From the NCBI GenBank assembly GCA_951406725.2, contig OX597819.1, positions 52,824,001 through 52,888,000 on the forward strand: a stretch of DNA of 64,000 bases. The letters run 5' to 3'. Under the pieces are notes generated by a model, which was given only the letters and a program-made list of their open reading frames with translations, searched no databases and was not told where the DNA came from. This document shows positions 25,937 to 38,820 of this stretch, piece after piece. Made by a program: the position numbers and the translations under genes. How positions within the stretch are numbered: the first letter of the stretch is position 1; each line of letters opens with the position of its first letter. Source of the DNA: Octopus vulgaris. Lineage: Eukaryota.

Positions 25937-26449
25937 GCACATGTTGTCATTGTCATAAAATAAGTTTCATTTATTTATTTATTTATTAGGTTCTCCTTTA
26001 GAGTATTAGTACATTTGGTTTGTTTATTTTATTTTGTTTTGTTTTATTTTAATAATTACTTTTTGCGTACTGCCATGTCTGAGGAATGAGTGAGTGTCCA
26101 TGAAGGCTGTTTTTGTATTTTGTTTTGTTCTGCTTGTTTTTTTTTGTTTCCTTTTCTCCTGAATGAGTAAATGGGTGGGGTGTGGCAAGGGGAAATCATC
26201 CTGTTGTAGGAAGGAACATTTTTTAAATCACATACGAAATAAATGAAAACATTTGCAGAAATATGTATGCATACAAAATGGCACACATTGATTTGAAAGA
26301 TGTCAGCATAAATTCTATTGATTTTTACTCACGAAGGAAAGATTTAAATTTATGATTGCACAGCCTAACAGATTTTCTTGTTTTCTCATCATCATCATCG
26401 TCAATGTATCAATATTAAAAAAGAAATCATCATCATTATATTATTCGTA

Positions 26450-26481
<32 letters not shown>

Positions 26482-26718
26482 AGATTTCATAACATCCCTT
26501 CCCCACTTTCAATAATTTGATGACTAATTGCCATTTTTAAATGCTAAAAGCATGAATAATGGTCATGTTTGGTAAGAAATTTAGAGTGAAATACTTGCTA
26601 ATTTGAACGAAATCAATCACAGATTATTCAAATCACATGCTCAAACTAATCAAGTGAAAATTAATTCAGATTGGTTTCATCCCAAAGGAATTATATTCAT
26701 AAAGAAAAAGTAGCATAA

Positions 26719-26749
<31 letters not shown>

Positions 26750-27046
26750 ATGGGGAGAGAAAAATAGATGAATATTCACACTATAGACTTGAAGAGAAAG
26801 AGAAGGTTTAACATAATGCCTGATAATGTTTCATTTACTGACTACATTTGCTAACTTAATAAAATAAGTAAAAATTAAAAATCTGAAAAATAAATTTAGA
26901 AACATATATTACACAGAATGGAATGGGTAATTTAAATGGTAAATGGAAAAATAAATTTTTGAGAATATTGAAGTCATAAAAATAAAAGTTTAAATCAAGA
27001 TGTATTTTGTATAAAATTATTCTAATCTACCCTCTTTTATTCGCAT

Positions 27047-27081
<35 letters not shown>

Positions 27082-27192
27082 ATCTAATTTATACGTATGT
27101 GGAAGCAAGCTTCAGTAAGTAAGCAGAGAACTGGTGGTGGTGTTTTTTGGAGAAAGAGAGCTAGCTTAATCCATCATTTGAGACATGCGAAT

Positions 27193-27242
<50 letters not shown>

Positions 27243-28959
27243 CCCAGCCATTACTATGTTGGTATATACTTGAGTAGTTCTTGAAACCTCAACAATTTTA
27301 TGCTCTCTTAAAGAAAAAATGTTTTTAAATGACTAAGTGCTGTCTTAACAAATACTAAATCAAATTCATTTCACTAAAATACTAGACCAAATCATTTCCA
27401 CAAACACCAAATCACATTACTAAATTAAAAAGATTAGTTATAAACCACTTTTGTAGGTAGGCAGAAGAAACATATTAGACTATCTTAGGTGTAGTAACAT
27501 TTGTAGCCATACCTTATGCAGTTGTATTCTAGCATCAGAGACAGTCAACTACTGTAAAGTTTATTCTTTGTGACATTACTTTTGACACACAAAATACAGA
27601 CATATGACCCTCTTTAAATGTTTTTTTTTTTTATATTCTTTGAGAGGAGAAAGAGAAGAGGGTAAAGGAAGAGAGGGAGAAAAAAAAAATGAAGGAACTG
27701 AAGAGCTTAGCTGTATTCAGTGAACAGCTTCAGTTCAGGAGTGGTTGCAGCTAATTGCAACAGAACTTTCCACTCAAGCCAAACTCAATTCTAGAATTTC
27801 TATCACCTTTCTCTACAGATCTGTCATCAAATGTTATATAACTTCGTACATTCTGCTGCAGTACACTCTTAACTTCTCCCATCAAATCACTTGTTTCCAG
27901 AACAACACTGTGACAAAGTTATTGTTGTCATTTGAGTCCGTTCTGCCAAAATGCTACTAACCATGTGGAACTGTGAGTGCTATGTCTGTCCACTTGTGAC
28001 CATAATTAGGATTATGCCAAACCGTGGGCAACTACATATAAAAAAATAGATCACCTGTGATGCAAACAAAGGATACAGCATCAAGAACAGATGCTTGTGT
28101 GCATTAACAAAAGCTTGAAATACCTCTTGTAATGTTTGAAACATTATCACCATAATCATCATCATCATCACTATTGACAGTATCATTGTCAAATTAATGT
28201 TTAAGTTGGTAGTAAGTTAACTTGGTTTGCACAGCAGCCTATCTTCACATTTCTATCTTATGTTCTTCTCTAAACTATAAATTTTAACTGGAACCCATCA
28301 TCTCATACTAAATACACTCCTCCACCACATGTAACAGCTGCCCTTATCTTCTCCATCATTAGGCTTAAGATACTTTTTTCATTCAACAAAACTCATCATT
28401 CACTTCTTTAGATATAGATTCCCTCTCTTTGTGATAAATGTACAACAAAAGGAAGAAAAAAAAAGGATTATCAGTCCTCATATATAATTATACACATATC
28501 TCTGTGTGTGTATGTGTTTTCTATATGAAAAAAAAATCTATATGCTGCAATAATATGAAAAATGTGATTGAAGGCCATTTAGTCCATTACATTAGAGAGA
28601 AACACACAATTTTAAATGCGCATTTGCACACAAAATTGTTCTCTTTCTGTCTCACACACACAAGAATGCACTTCTCCACAGCAGTCAGTGGCTATATATT
28701 ATTTACTATGATGCAACCATTTCAACATGCACAATAGGATATCAGAAGAATGTTGAATGTGTTATAGAAGTAGAAGACTTTTAAAGGAAAACTGTTCAAC
28801 AGTCCCATGAATCATAGCAATAAAAGTAGCACTAGGTCGGCGCTATGCTGAGTTGTAGATATGAAAACATTGCAATACTTAATAATATCTATACAAATTC
28901 TTCATTACGTTTTCAGAGTCTCCAACAAAAGATAGAGAGAGGGATAGAGAGACAGAGAC

Positions 28960-29027
<68 letters not shown>

Positions 29028-29316
29028 GAGGGATGTGGGGAGAGAATCAAAAGTTACACCAGAGATATGAAGACAAGAAATATACTGAAAATAGCAAGAA
29101 TTTAAGAGAGCAATATTATCTACAGAGCTCGATATCACATGTCATTAACTAACAGATATTTCTTTCAAATGAAACTTTAAATGGTGTTCATGGCTGTTGC
29201 CAACTTGGTCACAATCAAGAGAACAGCAGATATGGGGTGAGAGGGTAGAAGGGACATGAAAATGGTACAATGATGTTGTATGTGGCTAGCGTTGTCATTG
29301 TTACTGTTGGTGTTGC

Positions 29317-29702
29317 AAAAGGGGATTTGTTTCACATTGACAATGTTCCAGCACACACGTCCTTGCTTTTAATGGCTGTTGTGTCTAACTGTGGCTTTGA
29401 ACTTGCTGATTACTGTCCCTATTCTCTTGATTTGGCACCATTTGGCTATCATCTCTTCCCCAACATGAAAAAACACTTGGTTGGGAATCAGTATTTCAGT
29501 GATGGTGACATCATACTTATTGTTAATGACTTTTTTGAGCAACAGGATGAAAGCTTCTTCACTAATTGGTTTCAAACACTGCAACACTGATGGAAGAAAT
29601 GTGTGAAGTGCGAAAAGGACTATGTGGAAAAGTAAACCTCATTCAGTCACATTCCATAAGAGTATCTTGGTTAGCCTATGAACTTTTCAGCCAACTCTTA
29701 TA
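29317..29702 (+). mobile_element. Mariner DD34D transposase pseudogene, C-terminal part plus right TIR
   Basis: LFHIDNVPAHTS..PYSLDLAPFGYHLFPNMKKHL..LQH*WKKCVKCEKDYVEK* corresponds to the HDNAPAH, PYSPDLAPSD and RWxKCxxxxGDYVEK motifs. The third catalytic D is mutated. gcctatgaacttttcagccaactctta follows as a TIR-like end. Confidence 0.92.
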
Positions 29703-29714
29703 TTGTTAGGATTA

Positions 29715-29915
29715 TTACTGTGGTTGTTTAGTCATGGATCAACACATTGACAAAAGCATTCCAGTCATGACCATCCTGATTACTTTTCCCCTCAAGTTAC
29801 TAGACACGTGATGACATTAACTAATATATCCTTCTTCTTTTAAGATTATGTAATTTTGATGGACATAGATTTTACTGCTATTTCAAGGTAGAGTGACCAC
29901 AAAACGATTTGCTTG
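29715..29915 (-). mobile_element. Repeat family E
   Basis: gttgtttag..caaaagcattccagtcatgaccatcctg..tttaagat..ctgctatttc..gagtgaccac is the reverse complement of the E copies. Confidence 0.65.
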
Positions 29916-30247
29916 TTGCCATAGTTGTTTGTTTGAAGCAATTAATGATACCAGTGTAGATTAGTCATGGTGTTTGGTGGCTGAGATAGCAATAACAGTG
30001 ATATTCATATAGTGTAATAGTCACACTGATATTTCATGCCGTGCCAATGGCATATTTTATCTCACACACACACACAAATCTCAATTAACTGAAATTTCTC
30101 CTCTTAAATGGAGAAAGGAAACAAAAACCTAGAGGGAACTGTAAGCAACTTTCAAAATAAAGGGAGATAATTTCATTAAATTTACCTGCTTATGGATACA
30201 TCTAATCTTTGCTCGCGGGCAATGACACAATTATTTTTTTTTATTCT

Positions 30248-30400
30248 CTAACATGTTTCAGTCATTGGACTGCAACTATGCAGGGGTACCACCTTGATCC
30301 CAGTACCTATGTCTGGGGTTTATTCATACCAGCCTCTTTTTGCCAAGCCACTAAATTACAGGAGTGAAAAGAAGCCAACACCAGCTGTCAAGTGGTGATG
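30248..30400 (-). mobile_element. Family A 3' fragment
   Basis: tgtttcagtcattggactgc..ctctttttgccaagccactaa..caacaccagctgtcaagtggtg. Confidence 0.65.
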
Positions 30401-30729
30401 AGTCTAAACATAAATGTGCAAGCAAACAGAAACACACACACACACACTCCACTGAATTGTACAACTACCTTAATTATGGATTTACAAACAAAGGGGGACA
30501 TAACTCTTAATTTTCTTTTGTGCCAGTTTCCATTCTTCTTTACCCTCCCACTTTTTGCATCTTCTTGTTTTTTTTTTTCTCTCATATCAACATCCTCTTT
30601 TGTCAAGTGAATAGACCATGTGTTCATAGCCTAAAGATTGTTTGGGGACACTTGGCATGTTATAAAAGCCTGCATAGCCGCATGTCTCCCATGCAAGAAA
30701 CTCTAAGTAGTTCATATCTTTATACACGC

Positions 30730-30771
<42 letters not shown>

Positions 30772-31055
30772 GGCTTCCACACAGATTTGAGTTACTAACT
30801 TCTCTAGCAAGGTATTTGTTAGTCCAGGACTTTAACTCAAAATTTCTTGAAATTATCTCCCCTTTGCTTTGAGATGTGCCATCAATTAGCACTAGATCTT
30901 TGTTCCTGATCTCCATAAACAGGGAAAGTTACAGTTAATTAAAAATTTCTTGCATACATCTTTGAGTATATGCACCCACCACATCAGCTTCATATATTTA
31001 CCTAAATTCATGGCATAGCCCACTTGAATTATTTCCCATGGCTGATTTGATGTGT

Positions 31056-31103
<48 letters not shown>

Positions 31104-32124
31104 TTAAAGACTGCTAAAACATTCTAAAATGCTTTTGGAATTTTAATTCAATTATTTTTACGTCAGCATAGGATTTTTAAGTACATACATTGTAACTAAA
31201 AACTGCTTACAATCTAATTAATATATATATAAGATGATTTCTATTTGTTTTCTTGACTCTACATTAAAGAAAATAACGAGCAGAATGTTAAAAATCTATA
31301 AGGTAATAAAAAGTAAAGTAGAAATAGCATTACTGAAGAACATCCACTCTTTCTATGCACACATACATGTGTATGCATATGTGTGTAATTAAATTTTTTT
31401 TTTTTTTCCTAATAAATGATTGTAGCAAAAAACTTTTACAAGGTTTTGATTCTAGTAAATAACTTCAAGACAGTCGAAAAGAATTTCAGGAAAAGAAAAC
31501 AAACAGAAATGCAAATATAAATAATAATAATAATAATAATAATAATATAGTGGGAAAATATACACACAAAACAAAATGAAATGAATAATATCCTTCACTT
31601 CTAATAGCACATGATGTATTAGTAATGTTGTAAGGCCTTATGGAGACAGTTTAACCTCAATATCAAGTCTAAAAAAAGACACGACTAATCAACTTACTAA
31701 GATGCGTATGTCACATCAACCTCATCTCTCTAAGTGCTCGTAGACAAATAAGAGAAATTAAATTTCAACATACAGAGTTTCCTCTTTACTTTGAAGTCAT
31801 AATGGCGAATGCACTAATTTTTTTCAGCATCATTTTGTTTTAGTTTCATTCATTTATTTTCTTTATTTACTTATTTGTTTATTTTTGTCATCTTTAAAAA
31901 TTTCAGAACCGCAGTAACTTGGCTCAAATAGCTCAGTAAATTTTAGCTGTATGCTAAGATTGGGAGAGGTGCAGCCTGTAAACAGACAAGAAAGGTTTTA
32001 TTTCAGTGGTTAAGCCCTTCTTCTACCATACTTCTGTTGAAATACACTGCATCTGTTTCATTTAATTTGGGAAATAATGGAAGAATTTGATAAAATTACT
32101 GTCATTATTAAGCTGGTTTAATGT

Positions 32125-32333
32125 GGTGCATTGGCAGAAACATTACTGTGCCAAACAAAATGCTTAGTGGTATTTCTTTCAGCTTTATGATCTGAGTTCA
32201 AATTATGTTGTGGTTGACTATGCCTTTCATCCTTTCAGGGTCAATAAGGTACCAGTTGAGCACTGGGTTCAATGCAATTGATGAACCCCCAACCCCAAAG
32301 ACTCCGAGTCTTGTTCCCATTATAGAAACAATA
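32125..32333 (+). mobile_element. SINE family B
   Basis: tggcagaaac..aaaatgcttagtggtatttc..ctgagttcaaa..gcctttcatcctttcagggtcaataaggtaccag. Confidence 0.85.
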
Positions 32334-33155
32334 ATTAAGCTGGTTTGAAACAATGATTCTGCCAGGTAATTAAACTAAGAATACATGTGTCTATAGAATG
32401 GCCAGCCAGTTATATGTTGACTCAGGGGCAGGTAATTCAGTTGAACAAATAAATGAGTCCTTGTCATCGAATGACAAATATCTACTACTAAACACACATA
32501 CATACATAGAAAATGTACACACACAGAAACACCCACCTGTGCATTTTTATAGTGTCATTCATAATCAAGTTCCACCAAATATAAGGAAGCAACTTCAAGA
32601 ATACTTCACTCTTTCATATGACTGTAGACTAAAGGTGCTTCTACAACTCAATTGGCAGATTATACAGAATATTGTTGAGAGATCTGATGCAGAGAATCTT
32701 ACACTATCATTTTAACTCTTTTTCTCATGTTTTATCCAATTTAACTCTTCAACCCTCATCTTTCTTTATAGCCTTCCACCATCACTTGCAGTCATTTGGT
32801 ATTACCTAACATACTTACATGATGTCACTACCAGATTGTTCACTTCACTAAGATGTCATTTGTGACAAACTTATTTATAACAGGGTTTCAAGACTACACT
32901 TAAGACAGCTTTCACAATTCAGCTTGGAACAGAGCATAGTTATGGAGATCCCATTGTCCTCCATACAGATCACATGTCTCAATGAAACTACAATTTCAAT
33001 ATAATGGACTTAAAACATGGCATACCTGCTAGCATACTGGCTGCAGCATACCCTGCTTGGTAATGCAGCATCAACAAAAAGAGGTGTGTTATAGATTACA
33101 ACTGGGAGCTCATCAGCTTTATGATGCACTGAATATACACGCGCACTATATCATT

Positions 33156-33156
<1 letters not shown>

Positions 33157-33199
<43 letters not shown>

Positions 33200-33240
33200 T
33201 ATAATAATAATAATATTAGGGAGTAATTTAATATAAATAA

Positions 33241-33292
<52 letters not shown>

Positions 33293-33332
33293 TATAATAA
33301 TAATAATATTAGGAGTAATTTAATATGAATAA

Positions 33333-33377
<45 letters not shown>

Positions 33378-33413
33378 ATAATAATAATATTAGGAGTAAT
33401 TTAATATGAATAA

Positions 33414-33447
<34 letters not shown>

Positions 33448-33510
33448 TATAATAATAATAATATTAGGGAGTAATTTAATATAAATAAATAAATATATAT
33501 ATATATGTAT
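33157..33510. repeat. Four ~50-bp units separated by (TA)n spacers
   Basis: aaattataataataataatatta(g)ggagtaatttaatat(a/g)aataaataaa at about 33196, 33289, 33369 and 33444. Confidence 0.95.
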
Positions 33511-33603
33511 ATATATACATATCTATATATATATATGAATAATATAAGCAAAGTAGCTAGTTAGGAAATCTCACTAAGAGATGAAAGCAGTAACTATACT
33601 GGG

Positions 33604-33878
33604 AAGTAATGCATATCACCACATCAATATGGCTGTTTGACATTACTACTGTTTAATCTCTAACAGTCAGGTGTTCACCACTGAGGATGAGGACAAATAG
33701 CCTAAAGCTGTTTGGTCTAATGATCCCATTGTCTGCTAGAATATGGTAAGTGTTTGCTCCCTTGCTTACAATATATACTAGGTGCATATTGTACCAATAA
33801 CCATTTGGTGAAGACTCTACCTAGGTTAAACAGTTGTAATGTCAAACAGCCATATTGATGTGGTGATATGCATTACTT
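33604..33878. mobile_element. Inverted-repeat element (56-bp arms) with hammerhead-like remnants; probable PLE fragment
   Basis: 33604-33659 and 33823-33878 are reverse complements (54/56). Internal acca-CTGAGGA..tggt at 33677-33716. (TA)-rich tracts lie on both sides. Confidence 0.65.
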
Positions 33879-33911
33879 ATATATATATAAATATATAAGT
33901 AATGGATAAAA

Positions 33912-34112
33912 TCATCATCATTGCTTAATATCCATTTCCTATGCTGGCATGGGGTAGATGGTTTGAGGTTTAACAGGAACCAACGAGCCAGAAAACTCTA
34001 CTAAGCTCCAAAGTCTAGATGCCCTCCCTAGCACCAACCACTTTACACAATGGACTGAGTGGTGACTCCATGGCACTAGCACTAGTCAAGTCAGCAAGTA
34101 ACTTACAAGACA
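33912..34112 (-). mobile_element. Repeat family C, decayed
   Basis: catcatca..tccatttcctatgctggcatggggtagatggtttga..gatgccctccctagcaccaaccactttac. Confidence 0.75.
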
Positions 34113-34197
34113 AGATGCCCTCAGCTGAGTGTGTGTGTGTGGTGTATAGAACCATCTACACACCAGCAACTCATATCACAATTCTAGAGCCCATAAG

Positions 34198-34410
34198 AGA
34201 GCTGCTGCATGGTTCTTGGCTTGCTAGAAAAAGCTGCCAAATCTTCCTCAAATCAACTCCCCACCAACCCCAAAATCACAGAAAAGCCACATTCGATAAT
34301 GTAGGTGTGGATTGCTTAGAAATATGAAAGACAGGATGGTCATGGTTAGAATACCTTTGATCAATCATGAGGCTTGACAAAACCTAACCTGGGGCTAAAC
34401 AACAATAGCA
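34198..34410 (+). mobile_element. Repeat family E with (CAA)n-like tail
   Basis: cttgctagaaaaagctgccaaatcttcctcaaatca..gacaggatggtcatggttagaatacctttgatca..acctggggctaaacaacaa. Confidence 0.8.
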
Positions 34411-36074
34411 TCAAACAACTCTTGTCAAGTAAGAACAATACATTTTCGAAGTTTAATGGAAATGTTACTTACATTGGAGAAGGAAGAGAGAAAAAAAAAG
34501 ACTTGGATACTTTCCCAAATTTATATAGTGTTTTCTGACAACCAACATCAATAATGATCTCCCATACATATACACATACAACAGACTAATTCTTTTATAT
34601 CAGTTGATCATTCTTTCAATCGTAGAACAAAGAGTGAACTGTAAACCAGAGAATTGTCAGCTTCTGTGATGCAACAGATCAAAGAAGTTGAAGAGGGACT
34701 AGAAGAGAGACAGAGACAAAACTGTATGACTAAACCAAATTAGGTTGAAAATGGACTTTGTGAAGATTTTAACCAAACTTATAGATGACGATGATGATGA
34801 TAAGGGGGTGGAGGAGGATGACAACAACAAATATGATGATAATAATGATGCACAATAAAAATAATACTGGCATACTTATTATAATAATAACAATTTAATA
34901 ACAACAATAACAACATAATTAAACAACAGTGACATATAACAAAGGACAGAGGAAGAGAAAGAAAATCTCATCTTTTCTCTAATGTCAGTCAACTGGGAAT
35001 AATGTATAAATTCCATATATTAAATAATAATAATAATAATAATGGTTGTTGTTGTTGTTAAGAAATGTGTATTTCCCTGCTTAGTATTGATTAAATATAT
35101 TCCTTCAACAACAGAGAAAAGTTCCAAAGTTGAACCATTGCTTAAGAATTTGTAATTTTGTTAAAAGAATTATTTCTTATTAATTTTAGTTGTTGTTGTT
35201 GTTGTTGTACCTGAGAGGAAGCATTATTCAATCTACTTTTGAAATGACAAGGATTTTATAAGTTTTACAATATTGTAAATAGCAATGAAAGGAAACAGAT
35301 TCATATGAAAATTTAAAGAAAAAAAAATAATAAAGAAAATAACAAATAATGAAATGGAATAGGTTTTTAAATAAATTTTACATCTTTCTAATATTTTTTA
35401 ATGATAAACTACAAATATATTCAAATTTAATTTATCTGAAAAATATACAAATAAGTATATAAATTATTCAGCATTGCATTATCATCTACATACATGTAGA
35501 TGCATATATACATATGTAAATATAATATGTACAGAAAAACTTTTGCTGATATGCTTAAGGCAATGCAGAAAATTCTTTAATAATTAAATTAAATTCAAAC
35601 ATAAAACTGGTGGATATTTTTCCAAACTATAATCCTTAAAGTAATCCTAGAACACTTATTTCCAAAACATTAGAATAGCTGTAGTTTTTTATTATATACA
35701 AAAGTGCATGTGTTTATGTGTGCGCATTTGTACAAGGACGTATATATCAGTATGTGGATGTATACGAAATTGTATTAGTGTATGCAATTAAAAATATTTT
35801 CTCATCTAATACCATGTTGTTTGAAGCAAAAGCAGATTATACTATTTACTTACATGCTAATTGCAAGTATCACAAACAACAGCAAAAAAGATATGCTTTT
35901 CTTGTTTGCCTGTTTTTTTTTTTGTTTTTTTTTTTTTGTTTTTTTATTCCTGGACATTTCTCTAGTGATAAATATTAGACTATTTTCCTCTTGATATTGA
36001 AATCGTCTTTGAAACAAAAATGGCTTCCATCAGACTCATTTGAACTAACCACATTATTAAAGCCTCTTGAACCA

Positions 36075-36530
36075 ATGAGGGAACATCTATGTGGTTGCTT
36101 GGCCACTAGAAATACTAGCTAAATTTCCCTAAAATTGTATCCTACCATCTGTTTTTTTTTTTTTAAAAAAAAGGGACACATTTGATATTATAGTCTTACA
36201 TCCACTATGTCTTAAAAATGACAATACCTATTTCTTTACTACCCACAAGGGACTAAACACAGAGAGGACAAACAAGGACAGAAAAACAGATTAAGTCGAT
36301 TATATCGACCCCAGTGCGTAACTGGTACTTATTTAATTGACCCCGAAAGGATGAAAGGCAAAGTCGACCTCGGCGGAATTTGAACTCAGAACGTAGCGGC
36401 AGACAAAGTACCGTTAAGCATTTCGCCCAGCACGGTAACAATTCTGCCAGCTTGCCACCTTTAAATCACAATACCTTTAATCAAAAGTCTACTCAATCAG
36501 ACTGACCTAGGGCTAAACAACACCAACCAT
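36075..36530 (+). mobile_element. Family E copy interrupted by a family B SINE
   Basis: E 5' part at 36075-36229 and 3' part at 36463-36530 (..ctgacctagggctaaacaacacc). Confidence 0.75.
36230..36462 (-). mobile_element. SINE family B, young full-length copy with TSD
   Basis: CpG-rich and closely similar to 51806-52035. TSD aaat(g/c)acaatacct at 36216-36229 and 36463-36476. Confidence 0.95.
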
Positions 36531-37153
36531 TACCTTTAGGTTAAAATTTGTCCCAGGGCCTTCAATGTATGTGTGTGTAGCTGTGCTTGTCACCTGTGTA
36601 TATGTAGGCATGTGTGTACGCTTTAATGTGTGTATCCATATATATATGGATGTATGTGTACCATTTCATATACCATTGTTATTTCACAAAACAACAATGT
36701 CCTTCAACACAGAAAACTTTCCTTTTATGATATTTCCCACCAGAAAATCTTGCGAACCTTATTATACACTAACTGACCCCATACTGTCCTACAAACCACT
36801 TCAGCTTACATAATTTTTAGATGGTCTAAAAGTAATTAAAATGTCAGGAAGACAGAGAGAGAGAGAGACGAGTTATACAAGCTAGCTGACATACCTTGAG
36901 AAAGATAGCAGTGAACCTTTTTCTTGAACTAAAAGACCAGCTGGCAACAGTAAATGAAAAAGTTTCCTGATCCAATAAATCAGGTTTCTCTGGATAGGAG
37001 GCATACTAACGATGCTAGACAGTTAATTCAGTGTTTAGTGAAGTGTTGCTTAGCTCTGTAGAAAGTTATATTATTATAATACAGTAGAGTTCCTCTTGCA
37101 ATTTATATCATGCTCAAGAGCTACTTCACTGTTCTGGTGGAAAAAAATAAAAA

Positions 37154-37470
37154 GACTGGCACTGCATTAGTTACAACAATGAGGGTCTCCCGTTGATTTG
37201 ATCAATGGAACAGCTTGCTCATGAAACTAATGTACAAGTGGTTGAGCACTCCACAAATACACATACCCTTAATGTAGTTCTCTAGGAGATTCAACATGAC
37301 ACAGAATATGATACAGCTGGCCCTTTGAATGCAGGTAAACTCATTTTTGCCAGCTGAGTGGACTGGAGCAGTGTGAAATAAAGCATCTTAATTAAGTACA
37401 CAATGTACCACCAAGAATTGAACTCATGATCTTTCAATCATGAACTGAATCGCCTAACTACTAAGCCATG
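37154..37470 (-). mobile_element. SINE family D
   Basis: Aligns with 16971-17290, including an identical ctcatttttgccagctgagtggactgg block. Confidence 0.9.
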
Positions 37471-37599
37471 CTGTTCTAATAATTTGACAGAATTCTGATA
37501 ATTTTACTGAATCATTTAAGCTTGTGTCTCATGGGCTGAGAATAGTACACAACGTATGTTTATTGGCTAAGTCTATTGTGAGAATCACTCCACTGCCCA

Positions 37600-38098
37600 C
37601 ATTTAACAAGGCAGGCAATATTCCTCAGTCTGGTGGTTAGAGCAAAAAAAAGGTTGCATAGAGGGCTCAAAGAGTTGAGGACAGACACCTTCAACTTCAG
37701 TCAAGCCTTTATAGATTTTATCCAGTTCCATTTGGAAAAAAGTGAAAGTGGAGGGGGAAGTGTTCGTCCCAGCAAATTTATCAAAATGTAGTTGACTGTG
37801 GCAGAAATGGTTAGGATAGATTGGAGAACAGTTAGGTGAGGGCTCTTGCCCTTGCTAGTCAGGGTGATCCTGAGTCTGGGAGGTTTCTTGATTGGCCCTA
37901 GTTGGAAGCTCTCCTGTCTCAGGAAGACTCCTTCGTCCACATGTTCACAAATTCCGTAAATTATGTATACTTTTTATCACATCTCTCTTTCTCCTCTCTT
38001 TTACCTTTTTATGTAAACCCACTCACAAGTTGTAAACTGTCCTTGTAGTATCCTCCTCATTAGATGCCTCTACAGCAAATAAAAGAAATTATTATTAT
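37600..38098 (+). mobile_element. Tx1/L1-type LINE 3' remnant
   Basis: AIFLSLVVRAKKRLHRGLKELRTDTFNFSQAFIDFIQFHLEK..SKFIKM*LTVAEMVR resembles Tx1-clade ORF2 ends as I recall them. A pyrimidine-rich UTR follows, ending aataaaagaaa(tta)n. Confidence 0.55.
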
Positions 38099-38108
38099 TA
38101 GTAGTATT

Positions 38109-38283
38109 AAGACAGAAAGCTAGCAGAATCATTAGCACACTGTGCAAAATGCTTGGTGGTATTTTGCCAAGGTCACCTTTGCCTTTTGGGGTTGATAAAT
38201 TAAGTACTTGTGAAACACTGGGGTCGATGTAATTGACTATCCCTCTCCTTCAAAATTTCAGGTCTTGTGCCTTTAGTAGAAAT
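38109..38283 (+). mobile_element. SINE family B, internally deleted
   Basis: agctagcagaatcattagcac..gggttgataaattaagtac..cactggggtcgatgtaattgact..tttcaggtcttgtgcctttagtaga. Confidence 0.85.
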
Positions 38284-38586
38284 TATTATTATTGTTATTT
38301 GCAATTTTTTAGGAAATTTTTAATTCAGCTGAATGTTCCCCCACAATTTACTCACACACACACAGCACAAATACTTATCACAGGGCAAGTCCAGCAAATG
38401 GCCTGTTTCATTAGTGACCACTTAACAACAAATATGGAGTCATGGATTACTTGAGTTAATAAAAGAATCTTAAGTAAGGAAAAAAATTATTGGTTGTACT
38501 GTTTATTTAGGCATGAGTATGTACAGCCACTCAATTTGATAAAAAGAACAGCCAACTCTACCTCATATTACATCCTACTATCTTAA

Positions 38587-38820
38587 CCCTTTGCCTGTCC
38601 TGTGTATCGCATATAATACACAAAACATATTTCTCTGTCATCTATAATTCATATATGACACACAATCCCAATTTTTTTCAACAACCCAGCATAAAATGGG
38701 ATTTAAAGAAGAAAAGTGTTATATTATACAGAACTTATGAAACAAAAACAAACTAAAATTCTGAAAGCAAGCATGGTTGTTTGGGACAAAATTATGAAAA
38801 TGCTTTGGACAGGCAAGAGG
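38587..38820. mobile_element. piggyBac-type MITE nested in a family E copy
   Basis: TTAA-ccctttgcctgtcc at the left; ggacaggcaagagg at the right (12/14 inverted match). The right TSD has decayed to tcag, and the E sequence resumes after it. Confidence 0.7.

Noticed and set aside
29270-29590. SETMAR-like or functional transposase gene
   Set aside because: Only the C-terminal third is present, the motifs are mutated (DNVPAH, SLDLAPFG), there is an internal stop, and the ORF start comes from flanking sequence.
33157-33510. CRISPR-like repeat-spacer array
   Set aside because: The spacers are pure (TA)n of varying length, there are no cas genes, and the context is eukaryotic.
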